64,000 bases of DNA, from NCBI GenBank assembly GCA_964016885.1, contig OZ024742.1:366234001-366298000 (forward strand), in the 5' to 3' direction. The translations under genes and the position numbers were made by a program. Position 1 is the first letter of the stretch, and every line of letters begins with the position of its first letter. The notes beneath the pieces are model-generated. The model saw only the letters and a program-made list of their open reading frames with translations. It had not been told where the DNA came from and ran no database searches. Below are positions 16,811-30,555 of this stretch, in pieces. Source of the stretch: Eledone cirrhosa (taxonomy: Eukaryota).

Positions 16811-16863
<53 letters not shown>

Positions 16864-16867
<4 letters not shown>

Positions 16868-17899
16868 AATAATGGAGCTGCGGCGCTGCAAATGGGTTAC
16901 ATATGAACAAGTTTGTCCTCATCAGTGGCCTTCCAACCGTCGTAGGCATTTCGTCGCATTAAAGGCCATATACCTCAGGTTGGTGCGAGCAACGGCTAAA
17001 AACAGTCGTTGGGACACGTAAATAAAGGGGATGCTAGGGTAAACAGACAAAATGGTTTAAGCAGCAGAAAGTGATGAAGAAGAAACAAGTCCCAGATTTC
17101 TATGAATATAAATTCGGTGGAATCGTGAACGAGAGAATAAAGACCATCAGACCTGGTTGAAATGTGAGCAAAGAAGGAATTTCGCACAGGTCTAACGGGA
17201 GGAAGAAGGGGTCTGGTCTGCGAATTTGGTAAACATAAGTTCTGTGAAGTCGCAGACGAGAGAGAGAGAAAAAAATTCATACCGGTTTGGACAAGTGCCC
17301 GCGAGAAAAGGATTACGGACAGGTCAAACGGGAAGAAAGGGGAGGAGGAGAGGTAGTGACAGAGAGTGAGTGAGTGAAAGGTGAGGAAGAGGCTAACAGA
17401 CAGAGAGAGAGAGACTGCTAGAAAGGGTAAAGACACAAAGAACGAAACAGACTGGTGGCAGCGGAGGTAAAAATATATGTGTAAATATGATAATAATGGA
17501 GCTGCGGCGCTGCAAATGGGTTACATATGAACAAGTTTGTCCTCATCAGTGGCCTTCCAACCGTCGTAGGCATTTCGTCGCATTAAAGGCCATATACCTC
17601 AGGTTGGTGCGAGCAACGGCTAAAAAAAGTCGTTGGGACACGTAAATAAAGGGGACGCTAGGGTAAACAGACAAAATGGTTTAAGCAGCAGAAAGTGATG
17701 AAGAAGAAACAAGTCCCAGATTTCTATGAATATAAATTCGGTGGAATCGTGAACGAGAGAATAAAGACCATCAAACCTGGTTGAAATGTGAGCAAGGAAG
17801 GAATTTCGCACAGGTCTAACGGGAGGAAGAAGGGGTCTGGTCTGCGAATTCGGTTAACATAAGTTCTGTGAAGTCGCAGACGAGGGAGAGAGAGAAAAA

Positions 17900-17907
<8 letters not shown>
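16864..17907 (-). mobile_element. family D partial head-to-tail tandem (period ~624 bp), each unit with a rearranged HHR-like motif (16917-16988, 17541-17612)
   Basis: Near-identical direct repeats 16864-17275 and 17488-17900; a partial tandem is the typical Penelope pLTR arrangement. Confidence 0.85.
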
Positions 17908-17942
<35 letters not shown>

Positions 17943-18013
17943 TACATATAAATGTATATATACATATATACACATACACACACACACATATATATATATA
18001 TATACATATATAT

Positions 18014-18062
<49 letters not shown>

Positions 18063-18073
18063 TACATACATAT

Positions 18074-18104
<31 letters not shown>

Positions 18105-18147
18105 CACATACATACACACACACACATACATATACATATACACACAT

Positions 18148-18178
<31 letters not shown>

Positions 18179-18228
18179 CATACATATATATATATACATA
18201 CATACACGCACACATACATACATATATA

Positions 18229-18292
<64 letters not shown>

Positions 18293-18509
18293 TATACACA
18301 CATATATACATATATATACATATATACACATATACACATACACATACATACACACATACACACATATACATATATACACACACATGTATATATATACATA
18401 TACACACACACACATACACACACATATATACACATGTATATATGTATATATACACACATGTATATATACACATATACACACACACACACTCATATATACA
18501 CATATAAAC

Positions 18510-18545
<36 letters not shown>

Positions 18546-18674
18546 ATACACACACACACATATACATATATATATATATATATATACACACAAACGCATG
18601 CAGATATATACATACACATACAATATAAAATATAAATGTATATACACATATACACATTTACACACACACACACA

Positions 18675-18743
<69 letters not shown>

Positions 18744-18931
18744 TCACATATGTATACATATATATATATATATATATACACACATTCACATATATATACA
18801 TATATACACATATATACATACATACACATAAATATATATATACATACACATACACATATACACATATATACATATATATACATATATACATATATATATA
18901 TACACATATATATATATATATATATATACAA

Positions 18932-19202
<271 letters not shown>

Positions 19203-19268
19203 CACATACATATGTGTATATATATGTATATATGTATATATGTGTATGTGTGTGTATGTATATATGTG

Positions 19269-19337
<69 letters not shown>

Positions 19338-19378
19338 GTGTGTATGTGTATATATATATGTGTGTGTGCGTGTGAGTG

Positions 19379-19409
<31 letters not shown>

Positions 19410-19478
19410 GTTTATGTGTATATGTGTGTATGTATGTGTATATGTGTATATGTATGTATATATATGTGTGTATATATA

Positions 19479-19530
<52 letters not shown>

Positions 19531-19535
<5 letters not shown>

Positions 19536-19878
19536 AAAAAGGGATGAAATCAAAAATGCAACTGAAGTCTTATTTTAAAAAAATATATATATATTTATTT
19601 GGTTCCTTTACCGGTTTCGCAGTTCTTCTGCTTTTCAAAAGGTGAGTTGAGATGGAGGGTCTGTGGTTTTTCTCACAGAGAAAAACCACAGACCCTCCAT
19701 CTCAACTCTCCTTTTGAAAATCAGAAGAACTGCGAAACCGGTAAAGGAACCAAATAAATATATATATTTTTTTAAAAAATAAGACTTCAGTTGCATTTTC
19801 GATTTCATCCCTTTTTCTTTATACTTCCACTCGTGTAGGACACCTCGGTTATTTTTCATTTTGTAAAAAAAACCTCAC

Positions 19879-19885
<7 letters not shown>
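19531..19885. mobile_element. family F fold-back element with two minimal HHRs (19605-19642 minus, 19709-19748 plus)
   Basis: ~145 bp arms, ~60 bp right extension. CCTT-TTGAAAA-GCAGAAGAACTGC-GAAA-CCGG-TA^AAGG (U3-A8 core, ACCGGT palindrome); the plus copy has G>T at the first stem II base. Confidence 0.88.
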
Positions 19886-19912
<27 letters not shown>

Positions 19913-20008
19913 CTATATATCTATATATATATACACACATATATATACACACATATATATACATACATATACACATATACACATACATACACACATATAC
20001 ACATAAAC

Positions 20009-20043
<35 letters not shown>

Positions 20044-20082
20044 CACTCACACGCACACACACATATATATACACATACACAC

Positions 20083-20133
<51 letters not shown>

Positions 20134-21011
20134 CATATACACATATATACATACACACACATACACATATATACATATATACATATATATATATACACAT
20201 ATGTATGTGTATGTATGTGTATGTGTGCACATATCTATGTGTGTGTGTGTGTATATATATATATCTGTTAGAACACGAAAAGTGTGAAACAACAGAATGT
20301 TCACTTTTCGTGTTCTAACATATATGCCTAGCTTCTTTAAAAAATTTTCGGGGATAGCCGTGGTGGTGGTGATCGTATGTCATTGGCTAATTTTCAACCA
20401 ATCAGAGTACCTCTCTCTATATCTCTTCCACTGTTACTTACGCCTGTTTCTCTCTATCTGTTCCGTCTCTATATATATCTCTTACTCTTTCGCTTTGCAC
20501 TCCTCCCCTTCAATACCATCTCTCCCCCTCTCTATATATTTGTTACTCTATCGCTGCACGCTCCTCTCCTTCAATATATCAATTACACACGCTTTACACT
20601 CCTTTATCCCCAGCGCCCCTATATATACACCCCCCCTCTCCCGCATCTATATTTTAATGTACCGTTGCACCGTGAATATATGTGTCTATATATATATACA
20701 TATATATTGTATATACACATTCATGTATGTGTATACACACTCATGTATGTATATACACTGGTTTTATGTGCGTATTGTAAATTTGTACTGTTAAAACACG
20801 AAACTAACATTCGATTGACACTTTGATTACCTGTACAGGCAATAGTTATTAGAATGCTGTTGAAGTGTGTATATATTTTTGGGGGACATCCTGTATATAC
20901 ACACATTATATATAATACAATAAACAGATAAATACACACATATATATATGAGCTTATTTAATTATAAATATTGTGAATTTTTAACTCAGTTCAATTATAT
21001 ATATAAATGGT

Positions 21012-21056
21012 TTCTACAGGACTAGAACTGTTTCATTCGAAAGAAATCATCATAAT
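21012..21056 (-). pseudogene. degenerate family-B-like HHR remnant
   Basis: ATGATGA-TTTCTTTCGAAT-GAAACAGTTCTAGTCCCTGTA; C3 and stem I are lost. Confidence 0.55.
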
Positions 21057-21677
21057 ATTGAGAGGGGGGACTAGATAAAATATTTCAAATCAAATGTGTA
21101 TAAGTTATAAGTTAAAATGTATAAATAGAGACGATAGTGGAGGTATATCTGTTTAGTGGAACAGTAGACGATAGAATTAAATACAGACGATAATCTCCCT
21201 TTAATGAAACAGCAGACGATAGAATTAAGGCAATTTAAATTTTAAGCATTTGCATTTTTGCCTTTCATCGTTACGGGGTCGATAAAATAAAGTACCAGTA
21301 ATACACTGTCACTAGACGACTTTCAAATTGAATTGTTGGTTCCATTTCTTTAGTATTTTCAATTGTAGTTATCTACTTAAAAAGCGTTACACGGTTAGAG
21401 ACATAATTCGTAAGTTATATCTTCCCTATTAAACCATTGCATTATTTCGCCTACAATAGAACAAAAATGAAATGTTCTTTAAAGAAACAGGAATATAACT
21501 TTATAAAAAAAAAAGTTGCATACGCTTCTTTTATCATTGATAATTTTTTCGTTTTAATATTAATTGTTTTTTGTAGTTGTTTATATTAAAAATCTTACTG
21601 TAATATTTACTTAAACGAAGGCAAACATCTAAACTTATAGATTAATCTTGAGCGAAGGACTAGATAAATCTCTCTCC

Positions 21678-21720
<43 letters not shown>

Positions 21721-22114
21721 AACGAAGAATGATAAAATTTCAAGCAAAGAGTTTAATTAGGTATATTTTGTAATATTATTAACTAATTATTATAATTAAC
21801 GCGCATATTTTGCTATCCTCAAACACGTTTACACATGGCATGAAATATAACTAATCCGAGATGGCTAGGTTTCATCTTCTAACTGGATATACGAAATCCA
21901 TTATGTCTTGACAACAACATGAGGTAACATTATGTTATTCACAGACACACTTTGTACACTGTTCCATATCAGAATGTATTTCCTTCGTCACATTCACAAA
22001 CAGTATTGAAAATATGTTCTTCGGCAAATAAAAATGTTTTGTTCATAATATTTCAACTAGCGATTGCTCTACTCCACGCACGACCACCATAAATTAATGA
22101 CCAGCTCAACACAA

Positions 22115-22285
22115 GTATTGGTAGAGCGTCAGACACCATGCTTTGCAGTATTGTTATGGTCCTTTGCATTCTAAGTTCAAATCCTGCCGAGGTTAACTTC
22201 GACTTTCATACTTACTAATTCGATAAAATAAAGTACCAGTAATGGACTGCTGTAATGGATTTGTGCCGAAAAATAGAAACACTAT
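22115..22285 (+). mobile_element. tRNA-derived SINE, family 1
   Basis: Same A/B boxes and core as the other copies. Confidence 0.85.
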
Positions 22286-22838
22286 TAATGTGCAATAAGA
22301 GCAAAATATAACGACATTGCTCAATTATTTTATCTAATGTTGTAATAACACAAGGAAATGTTGTTTGTGTATTTTTTTTTATATTTGCTCATAGGCTTTT
22401 ACAATTTCGCTCAGCCAACAACTATTAAAAAGTGAGTTGCTTAAGATAACAATTTAATCACAAATTGTTGCTATCTTTTAATACACTCCAACAAGTCATC
22501 AAATTATGTACAATAAAAACAAATCTTATTAATTTGCTCAGGGAATATAAAGAAAATGTATATACACTGATAATTGCAATTGTATGTAAATATTTTGTTT
22601 TTGTATTGTATATTTTATGTTTTCTATTATGTATAATATATTGATTTAATATTGATTGTTTTTTGTAGTTGTTTATATTAAAAGTCTGAAAATATTTGTA
22701 TACATCTTACACTAATATTTATAAGATAATTTATAATAACAATTACATAATCTAATTACATTACAACGATAATTTATTATTAATATATATCCTGTTTAAC
22801 TAGAGTTATTACAAGCGTTGCCTTAAAAAAATATTAAA

Positions 22839-23793
22839 CTAGACATGAAAAATGCGCAAGCTCAAAAGTGCCACAGAATGTTATAATAAACCTTCAAAAG
22901 TGTGGGACTAGAGTTGTTGCTAAAAAATATTGTAATCATTATATATCGTACATTCTGTGGCATCCTTTATAAAAATAGCTTAAACCAACGAAGCCTTTAT
23001 TTTTACGCTATTTCACTTAGTTAATTCTTAGAGTGTAACATATAAAAATAAATACATCTATGTTTAATGTAATAACAGCTATAAATAATTACGTAATATT
23101 ATTATCATATACTCATAGTAACAAAATAATTGTGTTGAAACTTAATATGATGCTTATATGAACGATCAAATCTATAATGATAATTTCTTAAATATACTAA
23201 TAGTAAAATAATTTAGTTATCTATTGTTACATTTTCATAGAACTATAATATTAACAATCGTATTGCATTATCAAATTTTTATCACTACAAACTTTCATAT
23301 TGGAATTACCTTAAGCCACTTATTATTACTTCGCTTTCGTACTTTTACAGCTGTAGATATTGCGCTGTATCTTATATCTAATATCAATATCTCGTGGTAA
23401 TTTGCATGAAGTGTAAAATAGGTTTATTAATAACTTTAATATGAAATGTATTATACAGGGCTGCGGAGTCGGCCAAAAATTGACTGGCTCCAACTCAGGA
23501 TCCGATACTCCATTATTTCCTAAATTTCAGCTCCGCAGCTCTGTTATTATATTAATTAATTTATTTTATAGTTGTAAATCATATTTTTATATGTTACACT
23601 CTAAGAATTAACTAAGTGAAATAGCGTAAAAATAAAGGCTTCGTTGGTTTAAGCTATTTTTATAAAGGATGCCACAGAATGTACGATATATAATGATTAC
23701 AATATTTTTTAGCAACAACTCTAGTCCCACACTTTTGAAGGTTTATTATAACATTCTGTGGCACTTTTGAGCTTGCGCATTTTTCATGTCTAG
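22839..23793. repeat. near-perfect inverted repeat (~210 bp arms 22839-23050 / 23581-23793, ~530 bp spacer)
   Basis: The arms match as reverse complements; the right arm abuts (TA)n. Confidence 0.92.
23456..23543. mobile_element. small hAT-like MITE
   Basis: TIRs CAGGGCTGCGGAG / CTCCGCAGCTCTG; imperfect 8 bp TSD GTATTATA / TTATTATA. Confidence 0.65.
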
Positions 23794-23839
23794 TATATAT
23801 ATATATATATATATATATGGGTATATATGTATGTATGTG

Positions 23840-23903
<64 letters not shown>

Positions 23904-23960
23904 CATATATATATATACATACATACACATACATACACATACACATACACATACATATGC

Positions 23961-24013
<53 letters not shown>

Positions 24014-24250
24014 CACATACATAGACATATATACATACATATATACATACATATACACACATACACACACATGCATGTGTACATACGCACACATACATAC
24101 ACACATACACACACACACATATATATATAGATATATAAATATATATATATATACAAATACACTTATATATACATACATATATATATATACACATGTACAC
24201 AAACATACCTGCATACACACATATATACACATACACATACACACATACAT

Positions 24251-24313
<63 letters not shown>

Positions 24314-24332
24314 CACATACATACACATATAC

Positions 24333-24379
<47 letters not shown>

Positions 24380-24459
24380 TACATATGTGCACACATACAC
24401 ATACATACACATACATATACATACACATACATATACCTACATACACACAAATATATACA

Positions 24460-25752
24460 CTAACAAATAAATAAGTACTCAATAAATATACGTATATACA
24501 CAGGCACATAAAAACACCTCTACAGGCAGAAAATGCAGATAGGTAAGAGGTACTCATATAACCATAGTGGCCGTATTTCAGGTTGAGGAGGGGTGGGGGT
24601 AGGGTTTAGTTAGGAGGTATAAGGGCCAATAGGGGGAGGTCGTTTTTAGCCATCGTGCTTTAACACTGGCTTAAAGTGTATGAAAGTTGCAAATTTCTTG
24701 TGCATGCAGTTTGGGCAGTGCTCAGAGAATTTGTTCAGTAGCAGCCCTTGGCGAATAAAATTTCATAGCTCTCTGAGATACAAAGGTCGCAGCCCTTGTG
24801 TCCTCCGTTGTAAGAGCGCGCTATCTGGAGTATTTTCCATATAAGCGTGAAGGGGTGGAGTTCCTTTTGAGGTCCCAAACATAGGAGGCGAGTGTTGTCT
24901 GGTTTCATTTGTCCGGTCTTCTGAAGGAATCGGTATGGGCATACCAACGGGTCTTAAAGTTGTTGGAGGTCATGCCGATTTAAGTTTTTTTGCAATCATC
25001 GGTGCCTGAGATGACATCGCATTTGTATACGATATCATTTGTGAGGCATTTGTTTTCAAGTGGGCATGCTTCCTTATTTAGGCAATTACACAGCGCCCCA
25101 GTCCGGGGATTGGGTTCGGAGGTGGTTGGCTTATTTAATTTTTTAGAATTGTGGTTGGCTATATTCCTAGCTAGGTTAGGTGTGGTGGAGTAGGAGAGTC
25201 TTATTGTGTTCTTATTAAAGATGGTGTTGTACCTATGTTGTATGGGGAAGTGTAATTTCAGCAAAGTGAAGAAAATCCTAGCTATCGGTGTAGAGACCTC
25301 TCTATTGAAGGGAGGGTTGTACCAGCTAATCTGCCTATGTCTATTTCTATTCCTCCTGTGCAACTTGCGGTGGTTTCTAGGTATGTTATCTTTTCTTTAA
25401 ATCCGCTGCGGGCGAGGGTCATTGTAGTAGGAGGCTGATGCGTTAAAAATATCTTTGTTGGCGGAGAGGCCAGATATTCTAATAGAGACGCTTTTTGCTA
25501 GGTTATCAGTGATGTTTTCGGGGTGGTTTGAATTAACGTTAATATATCTAAGGGACTCGTTAGGTTTGTGGTACGGGTAATAGAGGGAAGTATCTAGGTC
25601 GAAAGTGACATCTAAGAAGTTGGCCCTAGTCAAATTAGATTCTATAGTTATACTAAATCCTAGATTAGAGAAGAAAGAGCTTAAGTTTTTCCGAAACCCA
25701 TCGGTAGTTCTGGGGTTAACTCTATGCAGGGCGAAGAGGCCGTCGTCTCGGT
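24460..25752 (-). mobile_element. 5'-truncated Penelope-like element (RT from RDD onward, thumb, GIY-YIG), frameshifted
   Basis: RDDGL..., [68 protein letters not shown]; microsatellite-flanked. Confidence 0.92.
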
Positions 25753-25756
25753 GTGT

Positions 25757-25852
<96 letters not shown>

Positions 25853-25901
25853 ATGTATATGTATGTGTATGTATGTGTATGTGTATGTATGTATATATAT
25901 G

Positions 25902-25976
<75 letters not shown>

Positions 25977-26169
25977 TAAAATTGGCACTCCCAAAAATTC
26001 TTATTTAGATAAAATAAACCATTTACCCATGGTATTCTCATTAGAAACCCTTTATATACTTGTTTAGCAGTAAATTGAATTACCATCTGTCATATACTAT
26101 CCCCTCTCTTCTTCCTCTATTACTAATATAAATACTTCAATTTTTCTGATTTTATCCAATTTATCCAAA

Positions 26170-26290
26170 ATCTCTGAAGAAGTGACAACTGATTATACAT
26201 TTGCTATCGAATACTTGCTAACATTATATGATTACGCAAGCAGCGATACATAGGTATTCCGTCTGTTACAGAAACATATGTCAATACCTA
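26170..26290 (+). ncRNA. possible degenerate HHR in a TA-flanked island (25971-26340)
   Basis: CTGAAGA-aGTGACA...TGTTACa-GAAA-CATATG-TC; stem I does not pair normally. Confidence 0.4.
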
Positions 26291-26335
26291 ATAAATTCCT
26301 TTTTAAAAAAAGCACTTTCATTTTATATTCATCTT

Positions 26336-26433
<98 letters not shown>

Positions 26434-26484
26434 ATATATATCTATCTATATATGTATATATGTGTATGTGTGTGTATGTATATA

Positions 26485-26529
<45 letters not shown>

Positions 26530-26563
26530 GTATGTGTATATATATGTGTGTGTGCGCGTATCA

Positions 26564-26601
<38 letters not shown>

Positions 26602-26814
26602 ATATATATGTATATATATATATATGTTTATGTGTATGTGTGTATGTATGTGTATATGTGTATATGTATGTACATATATGTGTGTATATATATATGTATA
26701 TATGTGTGTATATATATATGTATATATGTATATATATGTATATATGTGTATGTGTATGTGAGTATATACATTTATATTTTATATTGTATGTGTATGTATA
26801 TATGTGTATGCGTT

Positions 26815-26854
<40 letters not shown>

Positions 26855-26988
26855 CACACATATATATGTGTGTATGTGTGTGTGTATGTGTATATGTATA
26901 TATATACATGTGTGTGTGTATATGTGTGTATGTGTGTATGTATGTGTATGTGTATATGTGTATATATGTATACATATGTATATATATA

Positions 26989-27062
<74 letters not shown>

Positions 27063-28150
27063 CCGTTTTGTACCACAGATGCGATATCACCCTGCTTCGT
27101 TGATGTCCTATCGACACCAAAGTTCAACGTTTGGGTATCACACCAAACCGGAGTACTGTGATCCTTGTGACTTCCAAATATACAACCACTGACACTGTCA
27201 CGAAGACCAGGAAACCATACTCCATATATTGAACCAATTGATTGATTTGTGCGAACAAAATAACACCAAACACATATTGAACTAGGAATATTGGATCCTC
27301 GGTCAATGTCCGGATGAGCAAAAATAGTTTTCTATCTGCATTGGAATTTACAAACTTGTGCATCTGCTGTGGTGTCAAAAACAAACGCACATGACCGCAC
27401 AGATAAACAATGGACCATGCCACGTGGCTTGAACCCGTAAGTGAATTGAAGGTTCTGCAACTCTGATACACATATTGTTTATTATTTATTATTAAGATGT
27501 ATAAACTGGACACAACTGTTATCATCCTATATTCTCTCAACGAATCACACTTGATCATATTTCTCTATCCTGTTTTCTCCCCCCATAATTATTATATTTT
27601 TATTATTTTTTATTATTGTTTGAAAAAAATCGGTTTTTTTACATTGTGTTTTCCCCTCCAAATATTCGCTTATATCTCCTTCTATATTCTCTCTATATAT
27701 TTTTTATCTTTATTATTATTTCCACTTTTATCCTCCTTTATATTTTACTTTATTCTTACCTTTATACCTTATTATAGTGTAATCTTCCCCATGCCTTATT
27801 ATACACTATTAATTATAGATTATTATTATTATTACTCTTTTTCCATTTCTAAATACCTCATGTACCTTCTCCTCCGCTATATGTATATATGTATTCTACG
27901 CCCTTTGTGTTTGTGTAGCCTCTGCGCACCCTCTGCACCATACTATCCACGCCACCCCATCTATGGTTCAGCTAACCACCCGACCCCCGGGAATGAATAT
28001 GACCGCAGCTAGTAAACAAGGACCAACACCCCACCCTCCCGCACCTAAATTAGACTTATCGTCCCCTACTTTTGCTCTTTACTCTCTTTACTCTTTGTTC
28101 TTGGGTGTTTGGTTGGTAGAGTCCATAACACCAATCAAACCCCTTTTATA

Positions 28151-28197
28151 GCTCTGATGAATCCTACGGTTACACGTAAGGAAGAAACATTGTTAGC
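28151..28197 (+). ncRNA. minimal type I hammerhead motif near the 3' end of a pLTR-like island (~27480-28245)
   Basis: GCT-CTGATGA-aTCCTACG..CGTAAGGAa-GAAA-CATTG-TT^AGC, then AATAAA and (TA)n. Confidence 0.75.
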
Positions 28198-28274
28198 CAA
28201 TAAAAATCTTTTGATGTTGTAGACGCTCTTGTGTTCTTTTTAATATATATATGTATATATGTATGTATATATAT

Positions 28275-28883
28275 GTCAGGCCACCAGTTGGTGCTACCGG
28301 TAACATGTATCCCAGTACAACCTGTCTCATGGTCGGGTTGTTGGCAACTAAACTGGCAACCCCACCAAGGTTTCTTGGTGAGGAGGGTGACTTTGGACAT
28401 CCTGCAGGACTAAAAACAAAACCTGTCAAAGGGCAAAGGAGCTCTTAAGAGTCAATGCCCATCCAAAATCACCGGGAGAGATGACCCCTTAGCCTTTGTC
28501 AAGGCAGAATTCTAGGAGAAGGAAAACTCTGATATAACACCTGCAAACCTGATGGTATCCAATGATGTTGACTTCTTCTTCTTTTTGGTAAATCTCATCT
28601 TGGTTAAGAGAGTGGGACTGGCTTTGTGCAGTGCCTTTGCACACTATAACAGCTTCACGGCACAGGCATTGCTTTATATCTGGAGATCGCTCTGCACTTG
28701 TCATCACATGGTACCATGGGCCCAGCACTATGTGTCAATAATTGTCACAAGTATAGTGTTTGTACCAGAGTTTTCAAGTCGCTGGCTGGACTAAAAAGTC
28801 ACACTCGTTCAGCGCATCGGTAGGGGTTCTCCTACATGGATATAAAGTAGTGGCCGTACTCGAAAACGAGTTGGCAGCCACCA
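28275..28883 (+). mobile_element. bipartite RTE-derived non-autonomous retroelement (family C)
   Basis: RTE-like 5'UTR (TAAACTGGCAACCCCAC, TAGGAGAAGGAAAACTCTG) joined to an ORF-end C2H2-like remnant ([15 protein letters not shown]...H*) and a 3' hairpin CTCGAAAACGAG; inserted in a microsatellite. Confidence 0.75.
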
Positions 28884-28907
28884 TATATATGTATGTATGT
28901 GTGTGTG

Positions 28908-28939
<32 letters not shown>

Positions 28940-29069
28940 TATATGTATATGTATATATATATATATGTAGGTATGTGTATGTGTGTATATGTATATGTAT
29001 GTGTGTGTGTATGTATGTGTATATATATGTATATATATATATATGTGTATGTGTGTGTGTATATGTATG

Positions 29070-29149
<80 letters not shown>

Positions 29150-29167
29150 TATATATATATATGTATA

Positions 29168-29228
<61 letters not shown>

Positions 29229-29231
<3 letters not shown>

Positions 29232-30232
29232 AACCAGTAAGACCCCGACAGCTGAGCTCAAGCCGTTTCGACGGCTAATTCTGGACTAAATGAAAATTTA
29301 CCCTGGTATTTAAATAGCCGATCTTCTCAAGGGGTAATTCCATATATGGTCAAAGTGATTGTCAAAAATCAGTAGTAATTCTGTGGTTGCAAATTAGTAG
29401 GGGAGATGGTGGCTAAACCTGCCAGTAGGAGAAAGAGGGGAGGGGTGGAGTAGCCCCAATCAAGCGTTTGTAGTGCCAGCTACAGCTGGGCAAGAGGTCA
29501 AAGAAGATACAGGGGAGGGGGAGGGGGAGGAAGTCGGAACGGTAGGTAGAACAATGGGGGGTAGAAATATATAGGAAAGAAAAAATACTGAGAGTGAAGA
29601 AAAGCAAATAAGTGTAAAGAAAAACAAATGAGTGTAAAGAAAAACAAATGAGTGTAAAGAAAAACAAATAAGTGTAAAGAAAAACAAATGAGTGTAAAGA
29701 AAAACAAATGAGTGTAAAGAAAAACAAATAAGTGTAAAGAAAAACAAATGAGTGTAAAGAAAAACAAATGAGTGTAAAGAAAAACAAATGAGTGTAAAGA
29801 AAAACAAATGAGTGTAAAGAAAAACAAATAAGTGTAAAGAAAAACAAATGAGTGTAAAGAAAAACAAATGAGTGTAAAGAAAAACAAATGAGTGTAAAGC
29901 TGGCACTACAAACGCTTGATTGGGGCTACTCCACCCCCTCCCCTCTTTCTCCTACTGGCAGGTTTAGCCACCATCTCCCCTACTAATTTGCAACCACAGA
30001 ATTACTACTGATTTTTGACAATCACTTTGACCATATATGGAATTACCCCTTGAGAAGATCGGCTATTTAAATACCAGGATAAATTTTCATTTAGTCCAGA
30101 ATTAGCCGTCGAAACGGCTTGAGCTCAGCTGTCGGGGTCTTACTGGTTCCTATTACCCACTCTACTACCTCAAGTATTGAGTACTTTGGTGCGTTATGGT
30201 CCACCTGGTTCCTTACCACATTTCCTTCGTTA
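29229..30232. mobile_element. family A fold-back element with two complete HHRs (29242-29335 minus, 30045-30138 plus)
   Basis: ~255 bp arms and a right extension. ACCCC-TTGAGAA-GATCGGCTA...TAGCCGTC-GAAA-CGGCTTGAGCTCAGCTG-TC^GGGGT. Confidence 0.92.
29592..29898. repeat. 20 bp tandem repeat AGTGTAAAGAAAAACAAAT(G/A), about 15 units, in the fold-back spacer
   Basis: Seen directly. Confidence 0.97.
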
Positions 30233-30288
30233 TATATATATATATATGTGTGTGTATGTGTATATATGTATATATACATTTATATGTA

Positions 30289-30350
<62 letters not shown>

Positions 30351-30453
30351 TATATATACACACACACATACATATAAATGTATATATACATATATACACA
30401 TACACACACACATATATATATATATATACATATATACATATATATATATATGC

Positions 30454-30484
<31 letters not shown>

Positions 30485-30505
30485 CATACATATACACACA
30501 CACAT

Positions 30506-30547
<42 letters not shown>

Positions 30548-30555
30548 GTATATGT

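Noticed and set aside
20266-20320. TA-flanked hairpin TGTTAGAACACGAAAAGTG/CACTTTTCGTGTTCTAACA
   Set aside because: Probably a very small fold-back remnant, but there is no ribozyme core or family to assign it to.
27130-27440. Possible non-LTR zinc-knuckle remnant ([13 protein letters not shown])
   Set aside because: Too short and interrupted by stops to call.
28330-28392. Pistol or twister ribozyme in the family C 5' end
   Set aside because: Required helices are missing; an HDV-like fold fits better.
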